Of a stretch of DNA of 64,000 nucleotides, positions 24,841 to 38,601 are shown in pieces (the stretch's first letter is position 1; each line of letters opens with the position of its first letter). The DNA comes from Paecilomyces variotii (lineage: Eukaryota). A program made the position numbers and the translations under genes. Under the pieces are notes generated by a model. It worked only from the letters and a program-made list of their open reading frames with translations. It made no database searches and was not told the origin of the DNA. The stretch lies in the NCBI GenBank assembly GCA_004022145.1, contig RCNU01000001.1; one strand, 5' to 3'.

Positions 24841-27618
24841 ATGGCTGCTCCTCCTCCGGCGAAGAGGCAGCGGAGAGTAGTGGTTTTGTCTTCGGACGAT
24901 GAGGACGTTGGAGCGGGGGGGATGGTTTGTCTCCTTGACTTTCGTTTATTCTGTTTTGCTTTTATATTTCAGGTGTAGGGGAGAAGGAGCTAATTGATGA
25001 TGATGATTGGAATAGTCTTCGACAGGATTGCGCACTCGATCTCGATCTACGAAGCACTCAGAAAGGACCAATGCGCGCAGTTCGAAAGCACCCTCCTCCT
25101 CACCGGAGAAGGATAGGAAAAGGAAACAAGTCCCTGCCAACGCATCCGGCTCAGGCTCACAATCTCTCCATGCCTTCTTCCAGCCCGCAACGGAGAAGCA
25201 GCGATGGTCGAAGTCGAAGTCATCGTCGCGAAGTTCTATTTCCGAGAACAAGACCGCCCAGATATCAATACCGAAACAGAAGCAACTGATAGACGAACCG
25301 TTGGAAGATATCGACGATCTTATTGAAGATGATTACGATTCCTACGATGAGATTTTCAGCCAGCATATTTCGGGTGAAAAGGAGAGTTTCCAAGAATGGA
25401 ATCAGCCCCCGAAATATAATAATAATCAGGGCTTAAAAAATAGTAGTAGTAATGATCGAAGGAAGCAAACGCGGGTGTCGCCTGCGGTGGGGAGTTCGTT
25501 GAGTAAATCTACCGCGTCGAGTAAGCGGTTTCTGCTTCCGAATGATCATACTTCATCTGGGAATGTGCGGAAGGCCTCGCCGGCTGTCTCTGAATCCGGA
25601 CGCGGTGAATCGCGGCCATGGGCGGAGCGTTATGCCCCAGTGGATATTGATGAGCTTGCGGTGCATAAGAGGAAAGTGACAGATGTGCGGAATTGGTTGA
25701 CGGGTGTGTTTTCAGGGAGTAATCGACGGGTGTGTGTTCTATTGAATCGTTTATGGGGTATGATGACGACTGACTGATATAGAGGCTACTTGTCCTGCGA
25801 GGCCCTGCAGGAAGCGGCAAGACTACGACCATCTCGCTGCTCTCGAAAGCTGTAGGATATGACATTGTCGAGTGGAGGAATCCTCTCGGGTCCGAGTACA
25901 CCGCGCATGACTATACGTCCATGGGCGCGCAGTTCGAAGAGTTTCTAGGACGGAGCGACAAATTCGGGAGCCTTGATCTGGACACTACTGGTATGCCGGT
26001 GCAGCATGATAGCCCTTCTGGACGGCGCATCATTCTCATTGAAGAATTTCCTACTGTGCTCAGCCGGACATCGCCGACCTTGATGGCATTCAGGTCTTCT
26101 CTACAGCGATATCTAGCCGCTAATAGCCACCCTTTCCTCAACAGGCAGGCTGCCCAGTCGATTCCTCCCGTGGTGATAGTGGTCTCGGAGACGATGCTCG
26201 GAACGTCGACCTCCATCTCAGATAACTTCACAGTGCATCGGTTGCTGGGGCCGGAGATATGCAAACACGAAGGAACGAGTGTTATCGAGTTCAACCCAAT
26301 CGCGCCAACTTTTATGTCGAAAGCACTCAATCTGGTACTGCAAAAAGAAACGAGTGACTCCAAGCGGACGAAGATACCTGGTCCGGCTGTGCTGAAGCAG
26401 TTGTCGGATATGGGCGACATTCGCAGCGCTATTTCGTCTTTAGAGTTCCTCTGCGTCCGCGGGGACGAGTCCTCAGGCTGGGGAGGCAGAACGGTTACGA
26501 AAAAGAAGAAGCCTCCAGGTGGAGTGGCTCTCACGACGATGGAGAAGGAGTCGTTGGAAATAATAACGCAGAGGGAGGCCAGTCTCGGGGTATTCCACGC
26601 GGTTGGCAAGGTCGTCTACAACAAGCGCGAAGACGCAAGTCTTGCAGCGGAAGGCAGCATTCAATATACCCCGGCACCAGACCACCTTCGCCACCATGAC
26701 CGCCGAAAGATATCGCAGGTCTCGGTGAACAATCTCATAAATGAGACCGGATCTGATATTCAGACATTCATTTGTGCACTGCACGAGAACTATGTGCCGT
26801 CTTGTCATGGTTCATCGTTTACGGATTCTCTTGAAGGGTGCATTGATTTCTTGTCGGATAGCGACATGCTCTCTGCTGAGTCCCGTAGAGGGATTCAGTC
26901 GAGCTGGACCGGTGCCGGTCGCGGTGCATCGGGCTACGGCAGCACGGTAGACAACATGCTCCAGGACGAAATCAGCTTTCAGGTGGCGGTGCGAGGATTG
27001 CTTTTCTCATTGCCCTACCCTGTCAACAGACGCCTAACGCAGGGCCCCCGGAGTCGGCCTGGAGACGCTCACAAGATGTTCTATCCTAGCTCCTTGCGCC
27101 TGTGGAGACAGACGGAAGAGAGGAGCGGTGAGCTAGACATGTGGATGCGGCGTCTCCTAGAGCCGTCCAGTGCAATCAGCGCGATTGGAAGAGGTTCGTC
27201 AGAAGGATCGAAGTCGGAGGGAGTAGAGTCGTGGGTGAATCGTGGGGTTGGTTCTGGTCATGCTGGACTGGAGGATCAGGCTGATCTGTCCGCGAGGGCG
27301 ACGTTGATGTCTCGCGATGAGGTTCTTCTGCAGACCCTCCCGTACATGGTCAGGATTTTGGGGAATGTGGGCGCGATGAAAGACCTGGAGGACCTAACCC
27401 AGTTCCACGGCATAGAGGCTGAACCCGTCGATGTGGAAGACGAGCTTGACGGGCTAGACGATGTCCCAGTCGAACCTGTGGTGTCTGCTCGAAGCTCGTC
27501 AACCTTGCGTCGGGAACGATGGCCGAAACAACCAAGCTCGGAAGCACCAGAACAACCACCGATTGAAGATACGGTTGAGAAACTGGTACTGAGCGATGAC
27601 GACATTGAAGATGATTAA
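24841..27618 (+). CDS. RAD17: Checkpoint clamp loader Rad17/Rad24
   Basis: PWAERYAP...ELAVHKRKV, Walker A LRGPAGSGKTT, ILIEEFP, FNPIAPT, GDIRSAI, FHAVGKVVYNKR. Introns 24925-25015 and ~25730-25782. Confidence 0.92.
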
Positions 27619-28223
27619 CACTGACAGCGGGCTGTCAAGGATTAATGGCGGATGGACATTGGCGTTCAATAATGCATGATACTTGGTTTGGATTTGGATT
27701 TGGGCCTGGACTAGGTAATGAGTTGGATGCATTTGCGGAAGGATTAATATTGAATCAAATTAGATCAGCAGTTGGCCTCTGCAGACTTGAGGTTAAGCGG
27801 GGGTTATTATTAATGTATCTACGAATTGCAGTACATTGTAACTATATTAAAATGTTTACTACCGCATACTAGTTACTACGTACATAGATAGTTCAGTAGT
27901 GGGTCTGATCCGAATTAAGTCCGATCCGATCTCCACGTGTTAGTTAATTGCTTAGTTTACCATGATTCAATTAGATTTACCCCGACTAAACTAACAACCA
28001 CACGAATCAATGGAATTGGAGCGATTTCTCGCTTGGTGCTAGAGGACCTCTAACTCCCATCTTGTCTGGTTCTCGCCCAGTCCTGGTGTCAATTGGTTTG
28101 TCGAGGGGAAGTTATCGCGCCGCGGAGTCGCGCCCATCTTACTTACGGTGAGTGAACAGCCCGTCTTGGAACCATCTGTTTTGTTGGATGAATTACTACT
28201 GACTGACTACATAATCTCATAAG

Positions 28224-29703
28224 ATGGCTAGATCTGGCCTGCACACGAATGAACAAAATGCCCACTTTCGCACAGAGTCCAATGGACACGTAGAGAAAGG
28301 AAAGACCATCTCCTCGTCGCGTCAGGAGAATGGCATGCGACACAGAAAAGATGGTTCGTTAGACAACACGCATGGTGATCTGTCGGAGATCGCTGCGGCG
28401 GCTGCGCAATCGACCTTTCCCGCATGGACGAATATGGTTGCGATGACGGCGTTGATTTTTGGAGGGTGTTGTGCGAATGTTCGTTTGGAATAATACCATA
28501 CCTACTCTCAAGTTGTTTTGTGAGAGTGGATTGGAAGAAGTTGGGTCAAGCTGACGGTGGATAGGTGTATGCGCTGGAGGGGATTATCAAGTGAGCCCTT
28601 CTCTACTTGTTTATTCTACTGAGACTGTGGCGCTGACGAGATTTCTGTCTAGGGATGCGCCGAGTGCGGGTGAGCAGAGTCGCTATTGACGAGACTGAAA
28701 TGAAATTCCAAACTGACAACAACAAGGTCCCTTGATCACGTTGATCCAATTCGTGACCGTCACACTGTTTACGATCCCCAGTTTCATCTCCTTCTCGGCA
28801 GGACCGCCGTCGGTGTTTGTCGTCCCCCGCGCGATCCCGCTGCGATCGTGGGTCATCTACACGGCGTTCTTTGTGACGGTGAATCTGTTGAATAACTGGG
28901 CGTTTGCCTATCGGATTTCCGTGCCGCTGCATATTATCTTGCGGTCCGCGGGCCCGGTAGCCTCGATGATCGTCGGGTATGTCTACAACGCGAAGCGATA
29001 TTCGGCTGGACAGATCTTTGCGGTGATTCTGCTTACGCTGGGCGTGAGCGGTGCCGCGTTGGCGGACGCGGAGGCCAAGGGCAAGGTACAGTCTACGGGG
29101 GGTGAGTCCTCGCTGGCGGATTTCCTGGTGGGATTCCTGATCCTGGTGCTGGCCATGATCCTGTCCGCATTCCAGGGCGTGTATGCGGACCGACTGTACG
29201 AGACGTACGGCCGGAATCACTGGCGGGAGGCCCTGCTGTACTCGCACATGCTGTCTCTGCCGGTGTTTCTGCCAACGTATCCGCAGATCTCGTCGCAGTT
29301 GCGGGCGCTGGTCGCCAGTCCGCCGGTGCAGTCGCTGGTTGGTCCCTCTGCGTCGAGCATCTTTCCCAACGACCAGTCCATCACGACATCGGTGTTGGGG
29401 ATGCTGTCGCGGGTGCCGGTGCTGGGGCAGATGCCAGTCAAGGTGGCGTATCTGGTGTTGAACGCGGTCACGCAGTACGTGTGCATCCGGGGGGTGCATC
29501 TGCTGTCGGCCAAGTCGTCGTCGCTGACGGTGACGATTGTGCTGAACATCCGCAAGCTGGTGTCGCTGCTGCTGTCAATTTATCTGTTTGGCAACCGACT
29601 GGCGACGGGGGTGATGGCGGGAGCGGCGCTGGTGTTTGCGGGGGCTGGATTGTATGGGTTTGAGGGAGCGCGATTACGGGGGAATCAGAAGAAGCGGGCA
29701 TGA
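28224..29703 (+). CDS. YEA4: UDP-N-acetylglucosamine transporter Yea4-like (UAA family)
   Basis: LIFGGCCANVYALE, LITLIQF, LLNNWAFAYRISVPLHIILRS, WREALLYSH, LNIRKLVSL. Two micro-exons (26 and 17 nt) near 28565-28670. Confidence 0.85.
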
Positions 29704-31058
29704 TTGTTGATTTCTTTGTATGTCTATCTTGTACGAGTCGACATACTCGTATATGTATGTATGGTATAGAGAGAGAGATAAGACACCAACCAGTCAGAAT
29801 CACTAGTTAACTACAATCGGAACATTACCAAGATTTATATGGTACATACACCAACGGGAGGAAACGGAGAATACTCGGACTGGTGGAGATGAAAGAAGAA
29901 CGGGAGTGGTCGACAGAAGAGAATCATGGCATGATCGGATTGTTGATATGGCATGGTTCATTACCATCCTGGATAACAGTATGCTTGTTGGGAAGAAATG
30001 TCTGTCTGAGTGACGGAAACGGCATGGGATTGTTGGATGTGGCGGGATGGTCGATTGCGGGGATTCGACAATAGATTATTAGTGAACTTGGTTAACTTGG
30101 CAAAAGTACGGAGTAGGGAGTAATTATAGTCATGGAGTGATTAATCTGGAGATAATGGGATAACTAGGTAGATGTGTATGCGTTAATTAGTATAGCGTCG
30201 TAGTACAGTACTTAATGAACTTGCATGCTGTGCTGGCACCAGCAGGATGGAGAATATATTGTATTCTAGTCGGACTATATTATACTAGATAAAGAAAGGA
30301 TAGGATAGATAGCTGTATTATATTCCAAGAATAAGTATGTATTCGCGCGCCCAACTTCTCCAAATCAGGAGATCAGAAGATTCCAGACCCGTCGAAGCAG
30401 CCACGATTCTATCTATGGCAGTATCTTTCCTCTTCCAACTCTGGCTTCTTTCTGTTCTTTCAATCCGATTATTTTGTCAATTCTTCTTCCAACCGATCGT
30501 CTCGTGTCGTCTAGTTCGCGCTGCTCCACTATTAGTTACTTACTTACTCTGTCTCGCTCTGGCCAGTGATCGACTCGACTTAGTGGATTAACTATCCTCT
30601 ACTTCTGATTTCCCCCTGTCCGACATCAAGCAGTCTGATGAACTTATTATTATTCTTCTAGAGTATTCGCAACCCGACTGTTCCAACATCTCCCGACATC
30701 CTGTTCTTCCCCGCATCCATCGCTTCTCGCCGGACGCGGGAGATCCTCGTGGTCCATTGCGATCTGGACAGCCTCCCCTTTCCATTACAACATCAGCATC
30801 ATCATCATCATCATTATTATAATTATCATTTCTGTTATCTTCGTCCTGGTCATCCTCTCTCCTGGTTTTTAAGATCTGGATTCACTCTACCATATAACAA
30901 CCCCCATCAATCTCTCTCGTCTTCCCATCCAACTGGACGGGCCAACCCAAACAGGGACCGGCTCCCTTCTCCTCAATGCTGCAAAGCGCATGCTCTCTCT
31001 CCCCCGCCGTCTCTGTCCCTGAGCGAAGCATGATCGGTCGAGAAGAAATTCTATAAAA

Positions 31059-33137
31059 ATGGGCGATTCCTCAGCGCCCTCTGCCTCGCCTCCGCGACGA
31101 TTCCTCCCGCAGCCCGTGGAGACGTCATCCACATCTTCCCGATCTCCGGCCGTCCACCGTCCCGCCGAGCACGACAACCGACCTGCTGCTGGGACTACTT
31201 CTGGGACGACTACTTCATCCTCGTCCTCCCAGCAGCATGTCAGACGCTTCCTCCCTCAGCCGGTAGAGACTACCTCCCGCAGCTCCAAGGCTTCGTCCCC
31301 CGCGGACCCGTCCAACAACCAGGGCGCATCATCAGCTCAGCTACAAGCCCCCGCTCCTCGCCGTCGATTCCTACCACAACCCATTGAGACCGAGACCCGA
31401 TCCTCCAAGCAGCCCAGGGATCAGTCTGGCGCTCGATCCCGGGGGTCCTCGGGAGCCTCTACCAGCAGCAACCGTCCGGTTCGCAGGTTCGCCCCGGAGC
31501 CCATCGAGACCGTCAGGGCGACCAACCGAAAGAGTGCTCCTGGCCGGTCCAACACTCTGCGATTGACATCAGATACTCGAGGGTCGACGTCGTCGGGCTC
31601 AATCTCCCCTCTGCGGAAGTTCACCCCGCAGCTGATTGAGACTGGCAAGCGCTCTGTCCGCAGGAGTGACACTATCGCACTCGAACGACGCCCGTCGGAC
31701 AATATCTTTGAAAGGCCTGACCCGTCCGAGTCTCGTTTCTCCTACGCCAGCCTGCTGCGTCGCCAGGAAGGTGGTGGCCGAAGACACTCATTCCGCGTGC
31801 CAGACCTCCCTGCCATTCCGTCCAACAGCGGAGAGAGCTCCGATAGTGATACGCCTTCATTGTCAACCTCCCCGACTACCTCGACCGAGGAGAGTCGGCG
31901 CCCCTCGAGGCTTTCGGACGAGCGTCGCGAAAGCTGTGACGAGCGTGTGTCCGGCTACCTGCTGTCGCTGGCCGCCCGCTCCGCCGAGAAGCAATTGCAG
32001 GAGACGGCGTTGGCGGCCTTCCCCAATGAGCAGGTCTACCACCCCGTGTCCCACTTTGCCATCGATCGGGAAGAGGATGAGTCGACCGTGAGCGAGGAGG
32101 AAGTCGTCGATGTGGTCTTGCGCGATATGAAGAGTGATCTAAGCGCTTTCCGGCGCGAGTCCACGACCGATCTGCCCTTCGAGATCGAGGAGTTGCGCCG
32201 GTTCAAGGAAGAGGCCCAGAAGAAGGACAATAAGAAGGATTACCACCACCAATATCATCGCCCCAAGGAGACCAATGCGGTAGAGTCGAAGTTCTCCGCC
32301 GCCGCCATTGCCGCGCGCCGCGCTCAACCTGCCGTGTCTCCCAATTTCCTGCGAGAATGGCAGAAGGAGAAGGATGCGCAGACCAAACGGGTCAGCCCGC
32401 CGATGCTGGGCGCCGACTTGGTCTTCCCCCAGAGTCTCTCGCCCCAGTCGACTCGCTGCGATGTCGACCACCCGCCGGTGGACCGCCACACGAGAGCTAC
32501 CCAAGGATGTACCAAGTGCGGCGGTCTCTGGTGTACCAGCTCTCATACCGATGACAGTCGCGGGAGTGGACTGTGGATGGGCACCTGCTCGAAACGCAAG
32601 GTGTCTGGCATGGAATCGTCTTCGCCAAACATACCGGGCATCCAGACCCCAGCCGTTGGCCCGGATGGCAAACGCTACTTGAGTGTGAATATGGGGCTTG
32701 CGTCCAGTCTACCCAGTCATCTCCCGACGACGCCAAAGGTGGTGGATCCCAATCTTGCTGATATGCAGAGGAGGCTGAGCGTCGAGGAAGAGATCGAGCG
32801 GGAATTCCACGATGGGTTCGTGACACAAGTCTACAACTATTTGTCGCTGGGATATCCGTGCACGGCGCGATACTTTGATGGAGAACTCAGCAAGATCTCC
32901 GGTATCCCCGTGCAGGATCTACGACAGGACGACCAGCACACGGATGCCAAGGGATACGTCGGCGCCCCTGAGGGAAACTGCCCTGACGCTGACGGGGTGA
33001 CGGGTGGAAAATGCATGAGATGGACGGCATTACGCTTATATATCCGCGAGTGGGCTCGACAGCAGCCCAGGATGTCTGGCAACGATCACCTTGAAGCTTG
33101 GGGGGTTCGGGAAAGACGAGGAAGCTGGGCTGTTTAG
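31059..33137 (+). CDS. Hypothetical Ser/Arg/Pro-rich protein with five RRFxPQPxET repeats and an ordered-looking C-terminal domain
   Basis: 692-aa intronless ORF; C-terminal FVTQVYNYLSLGYP...FDGELSKIS...RWTALRLYIREW segment. Confidence 0.85.
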   Translation: MGDSSAPSASPPRRFLPQPVETSSTSSRSPAVHRPAEHDNRPAAGTTSGTTTSSSSSQQHVRRFLPQPVETTSRSSKASSPADPSNNQGASSAQLQAPAPRRRFLPQPIETETRSSKQPRDQSGARSRGSSGASTSSNRPVRRFAPEPIETVRATNRKSAPGRSNTLRLTSDTRGSTSSGSISPLRKFTPQLIETGKRSVRRSDTIALERRPSDNIFERPDPSESRFSYASLLRRQEGGGRRHSFRVPDLPAIPSNSGESSDSDTPSLSTSPTTSTEESRRPSRLSDERRESCDERVSGYLLSLAARSAEKQLQETALAAFPNEQVYHPVSHFAIDREEDESTVSEEEVVDVVLRDMKSDLSAFRRESTTDLPFEIEELRRFKEEAQKKDNKKDYHHQYHRPKETNAVESKFSAAAIAARRAQPAVSPNFLREWQKEKDAQTKRVSPPMLGADLVFPQSLSPQSTRCDVDHPPVDRHTRATQGCTKCGGLWCTSSHTDDSRGSGLWMGTCSKRKVSGMESSSPNIPGIQTPAVGPDGKRYLSVNMGLASSLPSHLPTTPKVVDPNLADMQRRLSVEEEIEREFHDGFVTQVYNYLSLGYPCTARYFDGELSKISGIPVQDLRQDDQHTDAKGYVGAPEGNCPDADGVTGGKCMRWTALRLYIREWARQQPRMSGNDHLEAWGVRERRGSWAV

Positions 33138-34379
33138 CGAGTCTTGTTCTATTCCTACCGCTTTATATCACATTGAGCACACTTGGTTTTTTCACGCGGG
33201 ATCGGTTGATATGATTGCATCGGCATTGCATTTCCATCTCCTTCGAGAGTTATATGACTCGCCTCCTTTCTCACTCTTGCCACTTACACCGTCAGACGTA
33301 TATACAACCTTCCTTCCCTCCTGTCACATACATTTGTCACCCGATCGGACCTAGACCCTGCCAGAGTCAGTCAGCAGTGGTATCCAGAAGCACAGCACCA
33401 CAGTGCTCGGGACGAAGATAGATCATCCTCGTTTTTTATTATTCATCACATCATATATTGTATTTAATTCGACCTGCTCGGCGTCTGGAGCCCGTCTCGT
33501 TGGGGCCTTCCCTGTGCACAAACAACAATATTGTGCTTGTCATTGGCGTGCGTTTTATCATATCAGGTTCTTCCTTACTACTACTACTCGATAATCCGAG
33601 GGTAGGTTTAGCATACAGGTTAGACTAGGTAGCGTTGTTCGAATTCAGTCGTCTATTATCCATATTTAGTATCTCCTAGAGCATACAAAGAATCCAGGTC
33701 TCAGTAACCTAGTAGGTTGTAGTTCTATCCTGTAATAATTAGGATAAAAGCGTACAATATAGCTGTATATATTCATATATATATATGTTAACTTCCGACA
33801 AACCTTAATTACGTAGGGCCTTGTATACAAGAACTCATCATATGATTTTATTTTATCTTTTGCTCCTAGAAAGATTCCCTTCTTTCGTCTATAATAACAG
33901 GAATGACCATATCGGATATAGAGTAATATGTATTTATTTATTTATATTTATATTTATAACACCACGGATGCATACATAAAGAGAGAAGGGGATGGGGATA
34001 GGGGAGGCATATGACTGACTTTATTTAGCGTACAAAGGAGAACGTTAGGAATCGATTATTCAAACATTCGACGCGAAATTCGAACTAGTGTTACAGCATA
34101 AGACAGACAGACAGATAGGACAGGATAGGACATGCGAAGCGTGATTCGTTCCTTTCTTTACACGAATGAAGAGGAGAAAACGAAAGAAAAAAGAGGGCAA
34201 GAACGGCAGCCTGATATCTTTCGTTTTTCTCCCATCCAGTCTTTTAGTAGGATTTGATTTCTCTTTTATCGATCATCACATGGCTCGAAAGGGGTTCCCC
34301 CTTTCTGGCTTCCAAAAAAAAGAGAACGACAAAGTCGACATTCGTCTCTCGGATCGGTTCATACAAAAAGAAAAGATGC

Positions 34380-36940
34380 TTATAGCACTTCGCCCACGAT
34401 CTTGGCGGCTTCCTTGTAGGTCTCCAGAAGTCGTTCGCACTTCTCGCGCTCCGCTTTGATGCCGTCGTCTTCGTACAGGAGATCGCCGAAGAGATCCTCC
34501 TTGTACAGCTCGCTCACTAGTCGGTTCTGCACGACATCCTTGCTGTGGTTGACCAGGAGGTGCATAACCGCCTTGGGAACCTGGTCCGCGATGGTTTCCC
34601 GGACGATGTTAAAGTACGAGGAGATCAGACGTCGGATCAACTCCGTCTCCATCACTTCACGGTCGGTAAGAGTCGGTTCGGCATTATCCTGAGGCTGGAA
34701 CAGATGTTAGTAAAGTGTAAGACAAAATGCGAAAAAAAAAAAAAAAAGAGAGAGATAGCTGGACGGGGTCCTTACGAATTGAGGTGTCTCGCCTCCATAC
34801 TCGGAGAGTCCGGTGTAGTCATCCTGAACGGCAACAGGCGACCTCGGCTCTCCTCGACGAAGGCTCTGGCTGATGCTGGGCTCGTTGGTATGGCTGAAAG
34901 GCTTGCTTTGCGCCGCAGACGGTTGAGGCAGAGGCCCGGCGCTAGGCAGGCCTTCCTTGCCGAAGAAATAGTTCAGGAACGAGTCGCGGGCTGCGTTGCC
35001 CGAGCCGAATCGTGGTGGTGACGCTCCGTTTGTCGATGCGACACCATTCTCCACGTGCGGTGACATGCTTCGGCCCTTGGACTGGCCCCTGATCGGGATG
35101 GCCTTCGTGTCAGCCTGTTCATCCTCTTCACCGGTTCCATTGGCCGCAGCCAGTTCCTTCAGCCTCCGCTTCTCGCGCCGCCTCTTCTCTTCCGCCAACA
35201 GTGCCTTCTTCTCCTGCTCCTGCTTGTTCTGGATCACGGACGACATGGCCGCTGCAGCACCGAGGAAGTTGGGGTGATTCGTGTTGATGTATGCTCGCTG
35301 GATCGCGATGAGGGATTCGACGTAGCTGGAGCAGGGTCCCAGACGTTCGCGCAGTAGATCCGACACAACCTCGATCAGCTTGGCCTGCAGACGCGGGAAC
35401 CGTGACAGTTCTTGGGAACCGCAAGTATGGCATATCTTGATGAGTTCCTCGTAGACGAGTTCGACACATCGCTGACTGGGCACTTCCAGCAATTTAATCT
35501 GGGGCTTCACCAGCAGGTCAAAGGCAAGTTCGGGAACGAACAGACTAGGTCTGGGACCGGTTGAGTTTCGAATGGCGGTCCGGATATCGGAGACGGAGAG
35601 GTTCTGAGTCGGGTCGATCGTCTCCAACGAGTTGCCGAAGACCGAATTGAATATATAGTAGATGCGTGCACCACCGCAGAGCTCCTTCGTTGAGATTTCC
35701 GAAGAGGTTCCGTCGATGGACGAAATGAATGAAGAAGCAAATCGAGTCATCAGCTGTAGGATGAGCGAGCCGCGGTGCTCCTTGCCGCTGAACTGCTTGT
35801 TGCCGTAGCTAGCGAGCTCTTGCTGGGTCTGGCCCATCAAGGTATTGAGCCGTGCCTTGATGTCCGGCAGTCTCTCCCGGATATGGCCCATCAAGGTCGT
35901 GTTCAGGGTCTTTGCCAGGAAATGCGTACCGCAACGGTTGGCCATATTCCGGTAGGCCGGGTGGTGTCTGAAGAATTCCGCTTCCGCCTTCAGGGCTTCG
36001 GACAACGACTTTCCACTCTGGATATCCTGCTGGGAACGGTTGACGACGCCGATGAATCCCAGCTTCAGGGGATAGACGCGACCAGACAGAATGTCCATCG
36101 CATTCGTGCCGTGATCCATCAGATCCAGTTTCGTCAACACACCGATTGTCCTCCGACCCATGGGATCTACGTGGCGCGCCAGCTTCAAAGCCTCTGAGTT
36201 GACCAAGTCGACATTGGCCGGTGACACCGCGAGGATGATGCTGTTAGGCTTGGCGATATACTCGGAGATCAGGGTGCGAGTCTGCTTCTCGATGTCGGAT
36301 GGCTGGTCGCCGATTGGCACCTTGGTCAGACCCGGAAGATCGACCAGCGTCAGATTCAGGACGTGCGGCGAGAAGATCTTCAGGTTGATCGGTTGTCGAT
36401 TGATACCCTTGTTGTTACCTGCTATGCGCGCAGTTTCCGCCTCGATCTCCTGCTTGACCTGGGCGAAGTCTTCGAACTTGCGTCCGGGCTGATGATGGAA
36501 CTCTGCCCACTCTCCATGGCCTGCGACACTGGCGGCCGTGTGAGGCACATGGACTTCATCGCCGTCCAGTTGATCATCGCGATCGCTGGGGATGTTGATA
36601 AGCTGCAGGATCAAGGGTCTTCTGGTCACGATGCCGCTACCCCTCGGAAGGAAGTCTCTCCCAACGATATTCTCGAGCACCGAGGATTTTCCGGAGGATT
36701 GTGAACCTACCACCACCTGTGCTTCCGGGTCAGTTTATCTGGTCGAGGGAGGAGGGGGGAATGGCGGATGCAGTGGACGAGGAGAAAAGGTTGCGCATGG
36801 TCGCTCGCGTGAAAATTCCCCGAGAGAGGCGATCGACTTACAATCTGCGGCAGGTCTAAAGAATCATTGCCGATAGTGTTGAAGACGAGGTCTTGCAACT
36901 TGTTGACGGTAACGAGCAAGTCCTCACCCAGGGCAGCCAT
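34380..36940 (-). CDS. DNM1: Dynamin-related mitochondrial fission GTPase Dnm1/Drp1
   Basis: LPQIVVVGSQSSGKSS, LPRGSGIVTRRP, DLPG, TKLD, middle domain and GED (LISSYFNIVRETIADQVPKAVMHLLVN). Two introns. Confidence 0.93.
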
Positions 36941-38601
36941 CTTGTCGTCTCAAGCCGGGAGGTGGTTTCTTGAGGATGTCTGGGGTATCGACGGAGGACG
37001 GAAGGAGGAGAGACCAAGAGACAAGAGACAAGAGACAAGAGACCAGAGAACAGGGCGGCCACCACGGCCGTTGTAGGGAACGCACAGGTGGCTGATAACT
37101 AACTGCCAAAAGGGAGGATGCGAAATGAAAACCGTCAAGAAAGCAGGACACTTGGACCGTCAAGCGCCTCGTGGAGACGGAGAGCGTTTCATGAAGCAAG
37201 AGAAGCTGTTTATCCGCATTAGTCGCTTTTCGGCGTCTCGCATCGACGGAGAACACGTGACTTAGGTATTCAGCCACTGTCCAACTTTCCGTTCATTGAA
37301 GTATTTAGTAGTCTACTTAACTTATTATTATCATCATGATTCATTTACTATTATTGCCATGATGTCCCATATTTATAAAGAATTATCATCGATTAGATCC
37401 ATCCCAGCAATATATGGTATCGTGAACGCTCTATGGCGGGTGTCTATTCTCTCCTGTCCGATTCATAGAACGACCTAGACTATGGTAAACTGTTGCTCGC
37501 CACAGCATCCTTATGTACCCTTGACGTCTACCAGATTCGATTCAGGAGTCGCCAAATAAGCTTAGATCTCCGCCAACTAACTCTACCATAATCACTCACG
37601 ACCGCTATCAATGCGATTTACTTTCTGGTGCTTCTCCGCAGACAGGCGTAAGATAGCAGGATGTTTCAGTATGGAACTGATCGCAGAACAAATTCCAGAT
37701 TCCACGCTCGAGTCTCAACCTGATCGTAGAAGGCGCATAAATTGTTGCTTTGCCGTCTTCCCTCCAAAGTCTGGTATATAGTAGCCGATCGAGAGAATAC
37801 GACTGCCTGGTTCTAGCCCGCCCACCGGTCAGCCTTGTCGTACGTCTGCGCAGAAATCATCTACATAGCCATCTCGAGTCGACTGGAATGCGCAGAAATC
37901 ATGCTGCCTGGGATCGGGAGGCTGTGATGACGCTTCCTCAAGAGTCTAGATAACTCTGATGCTCTAGCAGACGGAGCAGAGGTAAGACAAAAAGCTCATA
38001 GTCCTAGAACGCTATTGAGCAGATTGCACTAGTTATTATTATTGATTCAGGCACATACGTGGAGTCCGTTGGGCAGATTGGGTAAATTGAATTAAATTAA
38101 ATCCAAATTAAATTAAATAGAACAAAATCAGAAATGTTGAATACTAATGGCAGAGATCGCCAACTGACGTACTGTTTTCCAAGCCACAGCCCGTGCTCCA
38201 CCGCAGCCTAAACTAAACATCAGCAACTTGGCCTAAGTTACTCTCATACATAATACAACCCCCTCGTCCATCCATACTCTCTCCGCCTTTGATTTACATA
38301 TCGTCCTCTACTGCTGGAGAAGATACAAGCACAAGGTGAATTGACGCTTACCCCTATTTTCTTTTCTTTTGGTCTACTTGGTCCCGAGACCGGAGAGGCC
38401 CAAGACCCGCAAGCTGTCACCCCGTCCCCTCAGTGCCAGTAGTAACCAGTACAGTGTCTACAACAGTCGCTCAGTGGTTAACTGTCTTTCGCGGTACAGA
38501 CGTTGATGTCCCCAACCTCGACCTGATCGGACGTCGTCGGTTCTCCCTTACTCTCACTTGACATTGGCACGTCGCCCTCGTCTGGACCCGACTCCTCCAC
38601 C

